This document shows, piece after piece, positions 28,429 through 39,470 of a DNA stretch of 64,000 nt (positions are counted from its first letter, which is position 1; the number at the start of each line of letters is the position of its first letter). The translations under genes and the position numbers were made by a program. This DNA comes from an uncultured Gemmatimonadales bacterium (GTDB lineage Bacteria > Gemmatimonadota > Gemmatimonadetes > Longimicrobiales > Gaopeijiaceae): NCBI GenBank assembly GCA_963809895.1, contig CAWELD010000010.1:864001-928000 (forward strand), read 5' to 3'. The notes beneath the pieces are model-generated. The model saw nothing but the letters and a program-made list of their open reading frames with translations. It was not told where the DNA came from and did not search any database.

Positions 28429-31026
28429 GCGCGCGGCGGCCTCCCCGATGGCTTGAACGGCTGGTGGAGCGCTCACTGCCGTCGGGGCTCTCGGCTCAGG
28501 GAGCGCTGGGCGATCTGGCCGAGGAATACCGGCAGCGTAGCGCCCGGTCCCGCTGGAGGGCGGCGCTCTGGTACGCCACCCAGGCCGGCTCCATCGCGGT
28601 CTATCGCCTCGTCAGGCGCGGTGGGGCGGACCGCGGATCGGACGCGCATCTGCTCGTCGACGTTCGGTGGGCCGCCCGGTTGATCTTCCGTCATCCGGGG
28701 TTCGCGCTCTCGGTCGTGGCCGTGCTCGGTCTGGGCCTCGGGGCCAATGCCGCCGTCTTCTCCGTGGTGGACGGGACGTTCCGCAACACGTCGTGGTGGC
28801 AGGCCCCGGAGAGGACGCTCTCGCTCTGGCAGGAGCGAGAGTTGTCGTTCGGAATGCTGGAGCTGTACCGGGAGGATCAGTCCGCCTATCGATCGCTGGG
28901 AGGCTACGCCGAGCAGGCCTACGCGGTGCGGAGGGCGGACGGCACGAGCCAGAGCGTCGAGGGCGTCGTCATCACCCCGGCGCTGTTCCGCGAGCTGGCG
29001 CGACAGCCCATGCGAGGTCGGGCCCTGGCGGATGACGACGCACGCCTGGGGGTCGAGCCGGTGGTGGTGGTGGGCGAAGGGCTCTGGCGGCGCTCGTTCG
29101 GAGCCGATCCGGCGCTGGTGGGCCGCACCATCGACGTCAGCGGGACGGCCGTGCGGGTCGTGGGAATCCAGCCGGCCGGTGCCCGCGCTCCGGGGGGGAG
29201 CACGGAGCTCTGGCTCCCGCTGGTCGTGGACCCGCGCACCGAGGACTACTTCCGGGCCCAGAACCTCACGGCGGTGGGGGTCCTCCGCGATGGGGCCGGT
29301 GTCGCCGACGCCCAGACAGGAACTGCTGGCCTTCGCGGGCCATCTGTCCGACCTCTTCCCCATGTTCTATCCCCCGGGGTTCGCCGACGGACAGGCTACG
29401 GTCGCGCGGGCCGACGAGACGCAGCGCCGTCTCATCGCCACGCCGCTCCTCCTGCTCCTCGGGGGCACGACGCTGCTTCTGCTGGTGACCGCACTCAATG
29501 TCGGGAATCTCCTCCTGGGGAGGGCGGTGGAGCGGCGGCGCGAGCTGGCCGTGCGCGCGGCCATCGGGGCCGGGCGTAGCCGCATCCTGCGGCAACTGCT
29601 GGTGGAAGGGGGGGTGCTCACCGTGCTGGCCGTGACGGTGGCGCTTCTGGGTGCCTGGCTCGGAGGGCCCTTGCTGGCGGGGCTGTTCGTGGGCGAGCGC
29701 GTGGTGACCGCCAGCTCGGTGTTCTCGCCTTCGGTGGCGGGCTTCGCACTCGTGGCGGCCGCGGCGTCCTGGGCCGTCCTGAGCGGGGTTCCGGCACTCC
29801 ACTACGTCCGCACACAGAGGCGGGGGCTCGAGCTGGCACCGTCGTCGGGGACGGGGATGCAGCGGGGGCTGGTGGTGGTGCAGGCCTCGCTGGCGACCCT
29901 TCTGCTGGTGTCCGCGACGCTGCTCGTGCGCACCGTGGACCAACTGCGCCAGGTACCGCTGGGCTTCGACAGCGAGGGGTTGCTGGCCGTCGCCCTCTCT
30001 CCTCCGGAGGACCGCGCCGACGACATGGCGCGGGCCCGGGAGCTCTACGACGGCCTCAGCGAGCGGGTGGCCCGGCTCGCCGGGGTGCGCGCCGTGGGCC
30101 TCACCGGATGGCTACCGCTTCGGGCCCAGGCGCCCACCACGCCCATCAATCTGGAGTCGGCCCCGGTGGATCCCGCGGAGGCGACCACGGCGCCGATGGA
30201 GAAGGTGGATCCGGGTTTCTTCGAGGCCTTCGGCGTGGAGCCGGTCGAGGGACGGCTCCTGGATAGCCGCGACCGGGAGGCCGGGCCCGGTGCCGTGGTG
30301 GTGAACCAGACGCTGGCGGACCAGCTATGGCCTGGCGGCACCGCGGTGGGTCAGCGGATCGCCATCGATCCCCACGCCTGGAACCGATGGGTCACCGTCG
30401 TGGGCGTGATTCCGGACATCCGCTCCGGTGAGATCACCGGGTCGCCGGGACCCGCGCTCTACGTGTCTCTGGCCGAGAGCCCGGCTCGGGACATCACGCT
30501 GGTGCTGCGGAGCTCGGAGCCTCTGACGGCCCTCGGCCCCGACATCCGCCGGATCGTCGGCGACATCGACCAACGCGTGCCCGTGGCCTCCATGACCCGC
30601 ATGGACGACGTGGTGAAGTCGGCCTATTCCGTGGCCTGGGTGATCATGGGATTGCTGGTGGTGCTGGCGGCGCTGGCGACGGGGCTGGGAGCCATCGGCA
30701 TCTATGCCGTCCTGGCGCATCACGTCGTGGCCCACCGCCGTGAGATGGGGGTGCGCCTGGCGCTGGGTGCCCGGCCCGCGGACATCGTCGGGGGCGTGGT
30801 GCGGTCCGGGTTGACGCTCGCCGTCTTCGGAGTGCTGATCGGCTCGGGGTTGGCGCTGCTCTCGGTCCGGTACCTGCAGTCCCTCCTCTTCCAGGTCTCG
30901 GCGCTCTCGCCATGGGCCTACGTCGCGCCCGCGCTGGGTCTGACGGCGGCCGCGGCGCTGGCTACCTGGCTGCCCGCGTTGCGCGCCGGGCGCCTTCCGC
31001 CCGCGGAGGTGCTGCGGAGCGAGTGA
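28425..31026 (+). CDS. Duplicated MacB/FtsX-type ABC permease (frameshift near 29317)
   Basis: LGLGANAAVFSVV; then in another frame NVGNLLL..RRELAVRAAIGAGR and REMGVRLALGA. Confidence 0.88.
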
Positions 31027-31036
31027 GGGGGGAGGT

Positions 31037-34000
31037 TCAGCTCGGCTCCACCACCACCCACAGTCCCTTGCCCGCGGGAACGTGGAGCGCGGACAGATCC
31101 ACCGTAGCACCCTCCTGGAGCCCGTCCACCGCGGGCGTTCGGGCCACGACGTTCGGGCCGAGACCCAGGGCGGCCCGGTCCAGAGACAGATCGAGAACCC
31201 GGTCCTGGTCGGACCAGGAGGCCAGGGCGATGAGGACCCGATCGGGGCGCACGTAGGTCGTGGCCAGAACGTCGTCCCGCCCGGTGCGCACAGGGGCGTC
31301 GTCCAGCCAGTAGCCCAGCATGCGACTGTCGGCGATGCCGAAGTCGTCCATCATGCGCCACACCGGCCGCGGGTCGGTGTCGCCGTATTTCCGGGCCGTC
31401 ATGCCGTACAGCATGCCGCGATAGGGACGGCCACCGTCCTGGAGCATCTCGCCCATGAGCCCGAAGGGCAGGCCCGACACCTCGGTCATCCAGTAGTCCG
31501 GCGCCTGCCCGTAGTCGAAATACTCGCCGAACCAGAGCCGCGAGATGTACGGGAAGTGCTCCATGTAGAGCATGGCGCTGTTGTTGTAGCCGTCCCGGGG
31601 GTTGAACTGGTTGGCCGAGTGCAGGTCGATGACCACCTCGGGACGCTCCTGGTAGAGGACCTCCACCATGCGCCGCACGGTGGCCCGATCGAAGGCGATG
31701 TCGTCCAGATAGAGCCCGTCGATGTGCTGGTTGTGGGCCAGCCAGCGCAGCCCTTCGACGTAGTAGTTGGTCCAGCGCGAGGTGCCCTTGTCCAGGATGG
31801 CGGCGTCGTCGGCGCTGTAGGCGCGCCAGCCGGCGTGGTAGTGGTCCTGGAGATGCTCCTGGAGCCAGGAGTAGCCACCGCCCTCGCCGTCGTTGAAGAT
31901 CTCGTGGCCCAGGCTCCGCAGTGGAAAGAGCTCGTAGGCCTTGTAGGTCAGCTCGCGGATCGTGTAGTAGAGCTTGACCTTGATCCCCTTCCGGTGGGCC
32001 TCGTCGATGTAGGCCTTCTGGGCGTCCAGGTTGAAGAACGGATAGTTGATGTAGGGGTTGATGGCGTTGGCGTGGTGGATGTTGACCACCGTCCCGCCCC
32101 AGGCCGCCACGGAGTCCACCGGGACGTACTGATGCACGAAACGGGTGCGGAAGTGGGTCCCGGTGTCGATGGGCTTGAAGGGGGTGATGAGGAAGCGGAC
32201 GTTGAAGTGGAGCGTGTCGCCGGCGGCCAGCCTTCGTGCTCCCGAGAAGTTGTGGGCCACCACCGCCCCGTCTTCGGTCCGGATGCGGATCCCCCCTCGG
32301 CCCTCGTTGAACCAGGACGGGGGCAGGTTCAGGGGCTGATTCTGGTAGAAGTTGGTGTTGAGCGGACGTACGTAGTTGTCGTCTCTCAGGACGTACTGCA
32401 GGCCGCGGTTCACGCCGCCCAGCCAGACTCCCTCCTGATTCCTGGTCACGTCCCAGGTCCAGTCCACCGACGGGGGGCGACGACCTCCCGGGCGACCGAG
32501 CCCGAGCATGTACGTCGCCGCACCCGGCGCGTAGCGGACGGGGAAATCGATGTCGTCCAGCGCCACGTCCACGTCGGTGGTGAGCGCCATGCGCACGCTG
32601 AGCATGCCGTCGTACTCGAGGGCCCCGTCCACGGCGAGCGTCAGTCCGGCGTCCGACCTTCCGGTGGCAGACCACGTGGCCCGGCCCGGCGACGACGACG
32701 TCATGGTGAGGCCCACGGGATGGAACGCCACGGGCGCTCCGCCCACCACGACGTCCAGCGTCAGTGGCGCGGCCAGGATCGGGAGGGGCGTCTCCAGGAA
32801 TCCCGTGAGCTCGGGAGAGAAGAAGCTCTCGATGCGGGCAGGTAGCCCCGTGGCGCCCAACGTCACCCTGCGGCCCAGAAGCGTGAGGGTGTCGCCGGAG
32901 ACGCCGACGGGCTCGAAGGGCGGAATGACGTAGTCCGGATCCTCACCCAGGGTGGAGTCGAGCCAGGCCATGCGGGTCATGAGGTCGGGCTCGTCTTCTC
33001 CGCCGTTCCGGGCTCGGGCGTCGCGCACGGTGAGCGTCACCTCCACCGACTGGCTTCCACGTCGGGACGAGGACACGGTCACCGTTCCGTGGATCGCCCC
33101 CGGGGGCTGGTCCGCCGGCACGCGCACGCCGAGCCAGAGGGACTGGACCTGCCCGGCGGGCACATCGACGCGGGTGGCGAACGGACGGCCGTGCTCGTCG
33201 ACGCCGCCGCAATTGAAGCACGTCCAGCGCCACCCTTCCGGGAATCCCTCGAACGCCACGGTGACGTCTTCCAGCGGGGCGTCGCCGCTCACCACGGCCG
33301 CCTGGAAGGTGAAGGCCTCGTCGCGGAGCACCTGGCTTTCCAGCACCGCGGGGTCGCCAGCTTCGATCCAGTGACGGGGGATGTGGCCTCGCATCCGTAC
33401 CGGGCGGTCGCGGTGCTCGGCGACCACGCGCCAACCCCGGGGGGCGCCTTCCATGAACGCCGCTTCCTCGTCGGGGTCGGCGGCCACCTCCATGGGGAAG
33501 AAGGAGTGGAAGTCGTCGATGGACTCGATGCGGGTGGTGCGAGCCGCGGGAAGGCCGCCGACGCCGGCCTGCCTCACGCGCCGAGCCCATGCCGGGTCCG
33601 GGGCGGGCGCCAGATCCGAGGGATAGCCGACCCGGGGGTAGTTGCCGCCGGTGGTCACCCAGGGCAGGTAGTAGACGTGGTAGACGGTGCTCCCCGGGTC
33701 GGGCTGGAAGGCCACGTCACCGGACGCGTCATCGGCCCGGAGGACGGTCATGTTGTGCACGAGGTCACCGGTAGCCGCATCCACCACCAGGACCGATTTG
33801 TCCTCGGGGCGCGGGTCGTGGCGCCGCCACGGAATCGTCACCACGACGGCGTCGGTCGGGTCTCCGGCCGCCAGTGACGAGTCCACGGCCACCACGGCTC
33901 GGTGGTTGCCCCTGGACGTGCCCTCGGCCCCGTGGGGAAGGTCCGGTTCCCAATCTCCGGTTGCCCACACGACGCCGTCCACCACGTCGGGAACGGGGGG

Positions 34001-34121
34001 TGCCCGGTAGAGCGGAGCGGTGTCCGAAGAGGGCTCGGCGCAGCGGACCACGGCCAGCGCCGTCAAGGGCCGACACCAGGGTGAGGGTGGTGGTGCGGCG
34101 GGGCACGGGGCGGAGGTGCAC
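31037..34121 (-). CDS. DUF6067/GH123-like putative glycoside hydrolase (probable frameshift in the signal peptide near 34068)
   Basis: 1009-aa ORF with NIHHANAINPYINYPF, KLYYTIREL, DGLYLDD, LWFGEYFDY; an upstream GTG ORF (MHLRPVPRRTTTLTLVSA) supplies a plausible N-terminus. Confidence 0.7.
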
Positions 34122-34129
34122 GGCGCCGG

Positions 34130-35560
34130 TTACGTCTCGCCGAGCAGGTAGTCGATGACGTCGGTCGCACCGTAGCAGGTGCGGCCCTGCAGGAAGCGGC
34201 CGAGGTCGCGGACCTCGTCACCTCCGGTGAACAGCGTCGGCTCCGAGGCGCCGTCCTCCAGCGCCTGCCCGCGCCCGAGATTCGCCATGAGGGCGTTGCA
34301 CAGGCACTTGCGGCCCTCGGTCTCCTCCAGGTCTCCACCCTTCTTCACGAAGGTGTCCACGGGCTCGGACGGACAGCGGTACGCCACCCGCCCCGTGGAG
34401 GTGCGGTACGCCGTGCGCAGATAGCCGAGATCGCAACAGCGCTCTCGGCGTTCATAGACGTCGTCCGAGGCGAGGGTGTCCTCGAGCTGGATCGTCTTGA
34501 AGGGGAAGCCCGTGGGTGAGGCCCGGTCGTCGGTGAGCACGTCGACCGCGCCCTTGTTGGAGGCCTCCGCGACGCGACGCTTGTGCTCCGCGGTGAGCCC
34601 GCTCTCCCTGCAGTAGGCGAACAGGGTCCCCACCTGGACGCCGGTGGCTCCGGCGGCGCACACCTCCCGCAGGCGCTCGGGGTGACCCGCGCCTCCCGCG
34701 ATCCAATAGGGAAGGCCCAGATCGGCGATCTTGTCCAGGTCCACCACGTCCCGCTCGCCGTAGACGGGCTCGCCGCGTTCGTTGAGCTGTCGTGGCCCCC
34801 GGGGCGGTGCGTTGTGGCCACCCGCCGTGGGACCTTCGATGACGAGCCCGTCGACCCGCCCGCTGGCCTTGCGGACCATCATGGTCGCCAGGGAGTTGGA
34901 GGCGACGATGGGCAGGAAGGCGGGCCGTTTCAGCTCGGCGTCGTAGCCGTCCCGAATCGCGCCCGGATCGAAACAGAGCATTTCGCGCTCGCCACGAGGA
35001 AGCCCGGCGACCTCCATGGTGGTCTCCACCGGCTGGTGGACGCTCAGACGGTCCAGCGCGCCGGGAATCTCCCGGGGGATGCCCGCTCCCATGAGCACGT
35101 AGTCCACGCCGGCCAGCATCGCTCCGTAGAGCGACGCGAAGTTGGGGAGCTGGATCTTGGTCAGGAGGTTGATGCCCACGGCACCGTCGTGGCCTTCGCG
35201 GGCCAGTGACACCTCCACGAAGTTCGCCAGCACCGTGAGTTGGTGGCGCGCCCGTGTCATCACCTGCTTGTACATGGGCAGGAGCGCGTAGGGCTGGTCC
35301 TTCTCGCGCCCCTCGGGTCGGAAGTAGCGCGCGAGCACCTGCTCGGCTACGCCCGGGAGCGGGAAATGGGCCATGGCCCGCCTCAGGTGGCCTCCAGGAT
35401 CGCCGTCCTGCAGGCGGCGGACGAAGAGCGTGTCGAGACCGGTGCCCGACACCACGCCGAGCTGACCGTACGACGACACGGCTCGGGCGAGCCTCCAGTT
35501 CGAGACTCCCACACCCATTCCGCCCTGGATGATGCGGGGAAGGGTTGCAGCGTCGGTCAT
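34130..35560 (-). CDS. Nitronate monooxygenase/2-nitropropane dioxygenase-family flavoprotein
   Basis: IIQGGMGVGVS, MGAGIP, EGPTAGGHN, QVGTLFA, SPTGFPF. Confidence 0.88.
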   Translation of the reverse strand: MTDAATLPRIIQGGMGVGVSNWRLARAVSSYGQLGVVSGTGLDTLFVRRLQDGDPGGHLRRAMAHFPLPGVAEQVLARYFRPEGREKDQPYALLPMYKQVMTRARHQLTVLANFVEVSLAREGHDGAVGINLLTKIQLPNFASLYGAMLAGVDYVLMGAGIPREIPGALDRLSVHQPVETTMEVAGLPRGEREMLCFDPGAIRDGYDAELKRPAFLPIVASNSLATMMVRKASGRVDGLVIEGPTAGGHNAPPRGPRQLNERGEPVYGERDVVDLDKIADLGLPYWIAGGAGHPERLREVCAAGATGVQVGTLFAYCRESGLTAEHKRRVAEASNKGAVDVLTDDRASPTGFPFKTIQLEDTLASDDVYERRERCCDLGYLRTAYRTSTGRVAYRCPSEPVDTFVKKGGDLEETEGRKCLCNALMANLGRGQALEDGASEPTLFTGGDEVRDLGRFLQGRTCYGATDVIDYLLGET

Positions 35561-35711
35561 GGCAGTCCCGGGTGAGGCTTGGTGTCGGCGGCGGCGCCGC
35601 CGATCGCGGAGCCTACCCTCAGAATCGCGGGTTCGGGCCGTGAACGATAGTCTGGAGTCCCTCGTCGCCCGGCGCCATCCGTCGCTTGAAACCCGTCGGG
35701 TGTCGCCTCTT

Positions 35712-36695
35712 TCAGCAGCGGGCCACGTAATCCGCGAGCAACTCCTTGTGCGTGCCGTTGGGGACCAGGACCCGGAAATGCAGGATTGGATCGTCGGCCG
35801 CGTCGGCCCGGACCAGCGGCGCCACGCAGCGGGCCTGTGCCTCCGGGAGCGGGAGCATGTAGGCCACCTGCGCTTCGGACCAGACCAGAAGAGGCGACTT
35901 GCCCGGGACGAATTCGGGTGACGGCTCGTCCGGACGCTCCTTGCCCAGGGGATCACCACCCTCGAACTCGGGCACGGCCTGGATTCCGTTGGCGGGGCCC
36001 ATGACCAGCAGCCTGGATATGGCGCCACAACGCTCCACGCGGACGGTCCCGAGGATCCGGACCGCGAGGGCGGCGTCCACGGCCTCGGGGTTCGCCGACG
36101 AGATCAGGAACGCGCCGGTCATGGGACCGGTGCGTGGCAGTCCGTCGATGTAGGGGATCTCCATGATGCCGAATCCGTGGCGGCCGTCGATGGAGATCTC
36201 GCTGAGCGGGAACGAGGTGCCTGCGATGTCCACCGTCGTGCCCGTCTCGCCCACGACCTCGAGGTCGTCCGCGAGCTGGAGTCGATCCAGCGACACGAAC
36301 ATGTCCAGAAGCACGCGTCCGTCGCCCGTGTCGAACCCCAGGGTGTGGATGCCGGAGCCGCCGGAGGAACTGCGATAGGTCCACTCCTCCGGCACCCTCA
36401 CCCGGAAGACGTCGGACGGGCTCACCTCGAGGCCGGTGGCGCAACCGGGGCCCCAGGTGGAGGGCGCCGGGCCGTAGGCGGCGAAGTGGACGATCGGTAC
36501 CGGTGGGGCGGGCGCGGTGGAGGCTTCCGCGGCGGCTGCCGGCGAGGCGTCGGGGGTGGCTCGGGGCGCGGTGGCCTCCGACTCGGGGGCGTCGGCTCCG
36601 TCGTTGCCGGCGGCCGCATCTCCGCTTCCTCCGCAGGAGGCGAGGAGCAGGGTCGAGACCAGAAGGAGCGATTCGGCGTCGAGGCGTGCGCGCAT
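35712..36695 (-). CDS. Hypothetical lipoprotein
   Basis: LLLASC lipobox, Ala/Pro-rich linker, globular domain with further Cys residues. Confidence 0.7.
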   Translation of the reverse strand: MRARLDAESLLLVSTLLLASCGGSGDAAAGNDGADAPESEATAPRATPDASPAAAAEASTAPAPPVPIVHFAAYGPAPSTWGPGCATGLEVSPSDVFRVRVPEEWTYRSSSGGSGIHTLGFDTGDGRVLLDMFVSLDRLQLADDLEVVGETGTTVDIAGTSFPLSEISIDGRHGFGIMEIPYIDGLPRTGPMTGAFLISSANPEAVDAALAVRILGTVRVERCGAISRLLVMGPANGIQAVPEFEGGDPLGKERPDEPSPEFVPGKSPLLVWSEAQVAYMLPLPEAQARCVAPLVRADAADDPILHFRVLVPNGTHKELLADYVARC

Positions 36696-36770
36696 GTCGG
36701 ACCCGGGGCAGAAGGGACGAGGCTCTCTGACCCAGAAGACGTATCCTGCGGGGATTCACCGCCAGAGCTG

Positions 36771-37871
36771 CTAGCTCCTACGACTCCCCACCCACCCCAG
36801 CCAGGCCCCGGCGGGCAGGATGATCAGGTTCAGGAAGGTCGTGTAGTCCCAGGCGAAGTAGTCGGCGCTGGCGATGCCCGGGCTCGACGAAGACATGATC
36901 TCCGGCGCGAGACCCACCGCGCGGAAGATGTATTCGACCATGAGCGCGGTCGCGATCATGGTGGCCAGCAGGTAACCGGAATAGACGAGGGCCGGCCGCC
37001 ATCCATAGTAGCGGCGATAGACCAGGATCATGGGGATCGTCACCAGGTCCGCGAAGATGAAGGCCACCACGCCTCCGAACGAGATGCCGCCGCCCCACAG
37101 CACTGCGGCCAGGGGGATGTTCCCCACGGAACACACGAACGACAGGATCGCGATCACGGGTCCCACCACGGCGTTCTCGAGACTCACCCAGAAGCTCGGA
37201 TGGCCGCCGCCCTGCCCGGACAGGAAGAGCGTCGCCCACCACTCCCGGGGCACCAGCGCGGCCAGGGTGCCCGCGATGACCAGCCCCAGGATGATGTCCT
37301 TGCCCACCATCCGGAAGTCCATGGCGAAATAGCGGGCCATGGCACGAACGCCCTTGAAGGTGAGGATGCTCCTGAGGGGGAGGGTCTCGCCCCCGTGCTC
37401 GTGATCGTGGGCGCCCTCGGCGTTCTCCAGGTGCCGGCGAGCGTCCTGGAAGACCTTCCGGGGTGCGAACCAGTTCAGCAGGATCGTGACCACCGCGATG
37501 AGAAGCATCCCCCCGAAGAACTCGGCCGCCACGAAGCGCCAGCCCATGAGGACCCAGATCACCAGCCCGATCTCCAGCACCAGGTTGGTGGAGGCGAACA
37601 AGAAGGCCGTGGCCGTGACGATGTGCGCGCCCTTCTGGTAGAGACTCTTGCTCATGGAGGCCGCGGCGTACGAACAGGAGGAGGACGCCGCACCGAAGCC
37701 CGAGGCCAGGAGCACGGAGCGCAGGCTGACGGTGCCCAGATGCTCCGCGATCCGCGACTTGGACACGAAAGCCTGGATCGCGCCGGAGATGGCGAATCCC
37801 AGGACCAGACCCCACCCGACCTTCCACGCCATGCCCAGGATGTGATGGACGATGTCGACGACTACGTGCAT
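36771..37871 (-). CDS. DUF318/ArsP-like permease
   Basis: GAASSSCSYAA, FASTNLV, SFVCSVGNIPLA, FIFADL; HDHEH loop. Confidence 0.85.
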   Translation of the reverse strand: MHVVVDIVHHILGMAWKVGWGLVLGFAISGAIQAFVSKSRIAEHLGTVSLRSVLLASGFGAASSSCSYAAASMSKSLYQKGAHIVTATAFLFASTNLVLEIGLVIWVLMGWRFVAAEFFGGMLLIAVVTILLNWFAPRKVFQDARRHLENAEGAHDHEHGGETLPLRSILTFKGVRAMARYFAMDFRMVGKDIILGLVIAGTLAALVPREWWATLFLSGQGGGHPSFWVSLENAVVGPVIAILSFVCSVGNIPLAAVLWGGGISFGGVVAFIFADLVTIPMILVYRRYYGWRPALVYSGYLLATMIATALMVEYIFRAVGLAPEIMSSSSPGIASADYFAWDYTTFLNLIILPAGAWLGWVGSRRS

Positions 37872-37967
37872 GGGGTCGTCCTCGGTGTGGGAATGGGGCC
37901 TCCGGCGCTCGCTTGACGACTGTGCCATCTTCCAGAGGCCGAGCCCTTCCAACCTCGAGGAGGACCC

Positions 37968-38240
37968 ATGAGCTCCAATGGCGTTTGCGAACACATCCGC
38001 GCCGTCGACGAGGTGAAGACCGCCGAGCGCCGCGAATGCGAGGAGTGCATGAAGATCGGCGGTCGGTGGGTCCACCTCCGCACCTGCCAGACCTGTGGCA
38101 CCACGCTGTGCTGCGACAACTCGCCGAATCGTCACGCGACCAAGCACGCTCACGCCAGCGGACATCCGGTCATCGCCTCAGCCGAGCCGGGCGAGCGCTG
38201 GTTGTACTGCTACGCCGACGAGTCGTTCGCGGAATACTGA
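37968..38240 (+). CDS. UBP-type zinc finger protein
   Basis: CEHI..CEEC..HLRTCQTCG..CCDNSPNRHATKH..EPGERW..CY; GAGGAGG RBS. Confidence 0.9.
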   Translation: MSSNGVCEHIRAVDEVKTAERRECEECMKIGGRWVHLRTCQTCGTTLCCDNSPNRHATKHAHASGHPVIASAEPGERWLYCYADESFAEY

Positions 38241-38277
38241 GACGTGTCGCCCCCGCCAGCCTATGTGCCTTCGGTCG

Positions 38278-38559
38278 TCAGGTCGTAGTGCTCGCGCTCC
38301 GAGCGCTGCCCGACAGCGCGTTGTAGAACCACCCGAAGAGGGCGCCACCAACCAGGCCGTCGACGAACCCGTACAGGGTTCCCACGATGACGCCGCCGAA
38401 TCCGGCGGTGCCGGCGTACCCCGGATAGATGGAGCGGACCATGTCCAGGAACGCGGTGCCGTAGCCGCTCCACACCAGATTGAGGACTCCGACGAGGAAG
38501 ATGCAGCCTCCCCAGAGGATGGCGGCGGTGAGCGCGAGACCTTTCATCGAGAGCTTCAT
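38278..38559 (-). CDS. Small two-TM membrane protein
   Basis: MKLSMKGLALTAAILWGG..SIYPGY..GFVDG..FGWFYN; GGAGG RBS. Confidence 0.8.
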   Translation of the reverse strand: MKLSMKGLALTAAILWGGCIFLVGVLNLVWSGYGTAFLDMVRSIYPGYAGTAGFGGVIVGTLYGFVDGLVGGALFGWFYNALSGSARSASTTT

Positions 38560-38789
38560 GTCGACCTCCGTTGCGGAACTTCCGCCAGGCTCGCCATGAG
38601 AACAACGTAGGTGAATTGCGCGCCGCACGCCGGTTCAGGCTCGCTGGATGCCGATTTTCATCCGATCACGGCGCTCCATGACGGCCCGGGCCGTGGTTTT
38701 GCGTAATGCGATGTGGGGCCGGCAACGTCCGGCCCCGAGATCCTGTCCGCAGGAACGCGGACGCACACTTGAATTCGAGAGGGGGAGAG

Positions 38790-39335
38790 ATGCCCAGATT
38801 CGCGCGTATGATGGGGTTCACGGCGGCCCTGCTGTTGGCACTGAATTCCAGCCTGCGGGCGCAGGAGCCCGCCTACAAGCTGGGACAGACGGACGTCGCG
38901 GCCGTCATCGGCCTCGGCGGTCTCGGAGACGCCAGCATCGCCATCGGGGGCCGGTTCGAGCGGGCGATCAAGGACCTCCCCGAGTTCGGTGACGGGGTGC
39001 TCGGCATCATGGTGGGTGCCGACTGGTGGCACTATTCCAACGACGTCGTCGGGACGAACTACGACTGGACGTACATCCCCATCAGCGGCACCGCGAACTA
39101 CCACTTCAAGGTCGAGAGCGGAAAGTGGGACCCGTTCCTGGGGCTCGGGTTGGGGTTCTGGATCGCCAGCACGCCGAACTGCACGGGGTGCAGCGCCAAC
39201 TCCGGTCTCTACTTCGTGGGCCGTGCGGGGGTTCGCTACTACTTCTCCCCGAACCTGGCCTTCTACGCCGACGCGGGAGCGGGTGCCGCGACCTTCGACG
39301 TGGGCATGAACTTCAAGCTGAAGGGCGGATCCTGA
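38790..39335 (+). CDS. Small outer-membrane beta-barrel protein
   Basis: Signal peptide, NYHF, WDPFLGLGLG, AGVRYYF, DVGMNFKL; CxxC in one loop. Confidence 0.8.
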   Translation: MPRFARMMGFTAALLLALNSSLRAQEPAYKLGQTDVAAVIGLGGLGDASIAIGGRFERAIKDLPEFGDGVLGIMVGADWWHYSNDVVGTNYDWTYIPISGTANYHFKVESGKWDPFLGLGLGFWIASTPNCTGCSANSGLYFVGRAGVRYYFSPNLAFYADAGAGAATFDVGMNFKLKGGS

Positions 39336-39358
39336 GCCGCTGACAGCACGAGAGTGCC

Positions 39359-39392
39359 GGGGCGCGGTCCGTGGATGGGCCGCGCCCCTTTT
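39359..39392 (+). terminator. Rho-independent terminator
   Basis: GGGGCGCGGTCC-loop-GGGCCGCGCCCC followed by TTTT. Confidence 0.8.
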
Positions 39393-39470
39393 CTCGTTTC
39401 GGTCTTTCCCATCGCGGCTCCGGGATCTACACTGCTGGCTCCCTCCGTACCTCCATCCCGGAACGACGCG

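Noticed and set aside
38687..38703. Possible sigma54 promoter (GG-N10-GC) before the beta-barrel gene
   Set aside because: Spacing fits but the -24 context is weak and no enhancer sites were noticed; chance matches are likely at this GC content.
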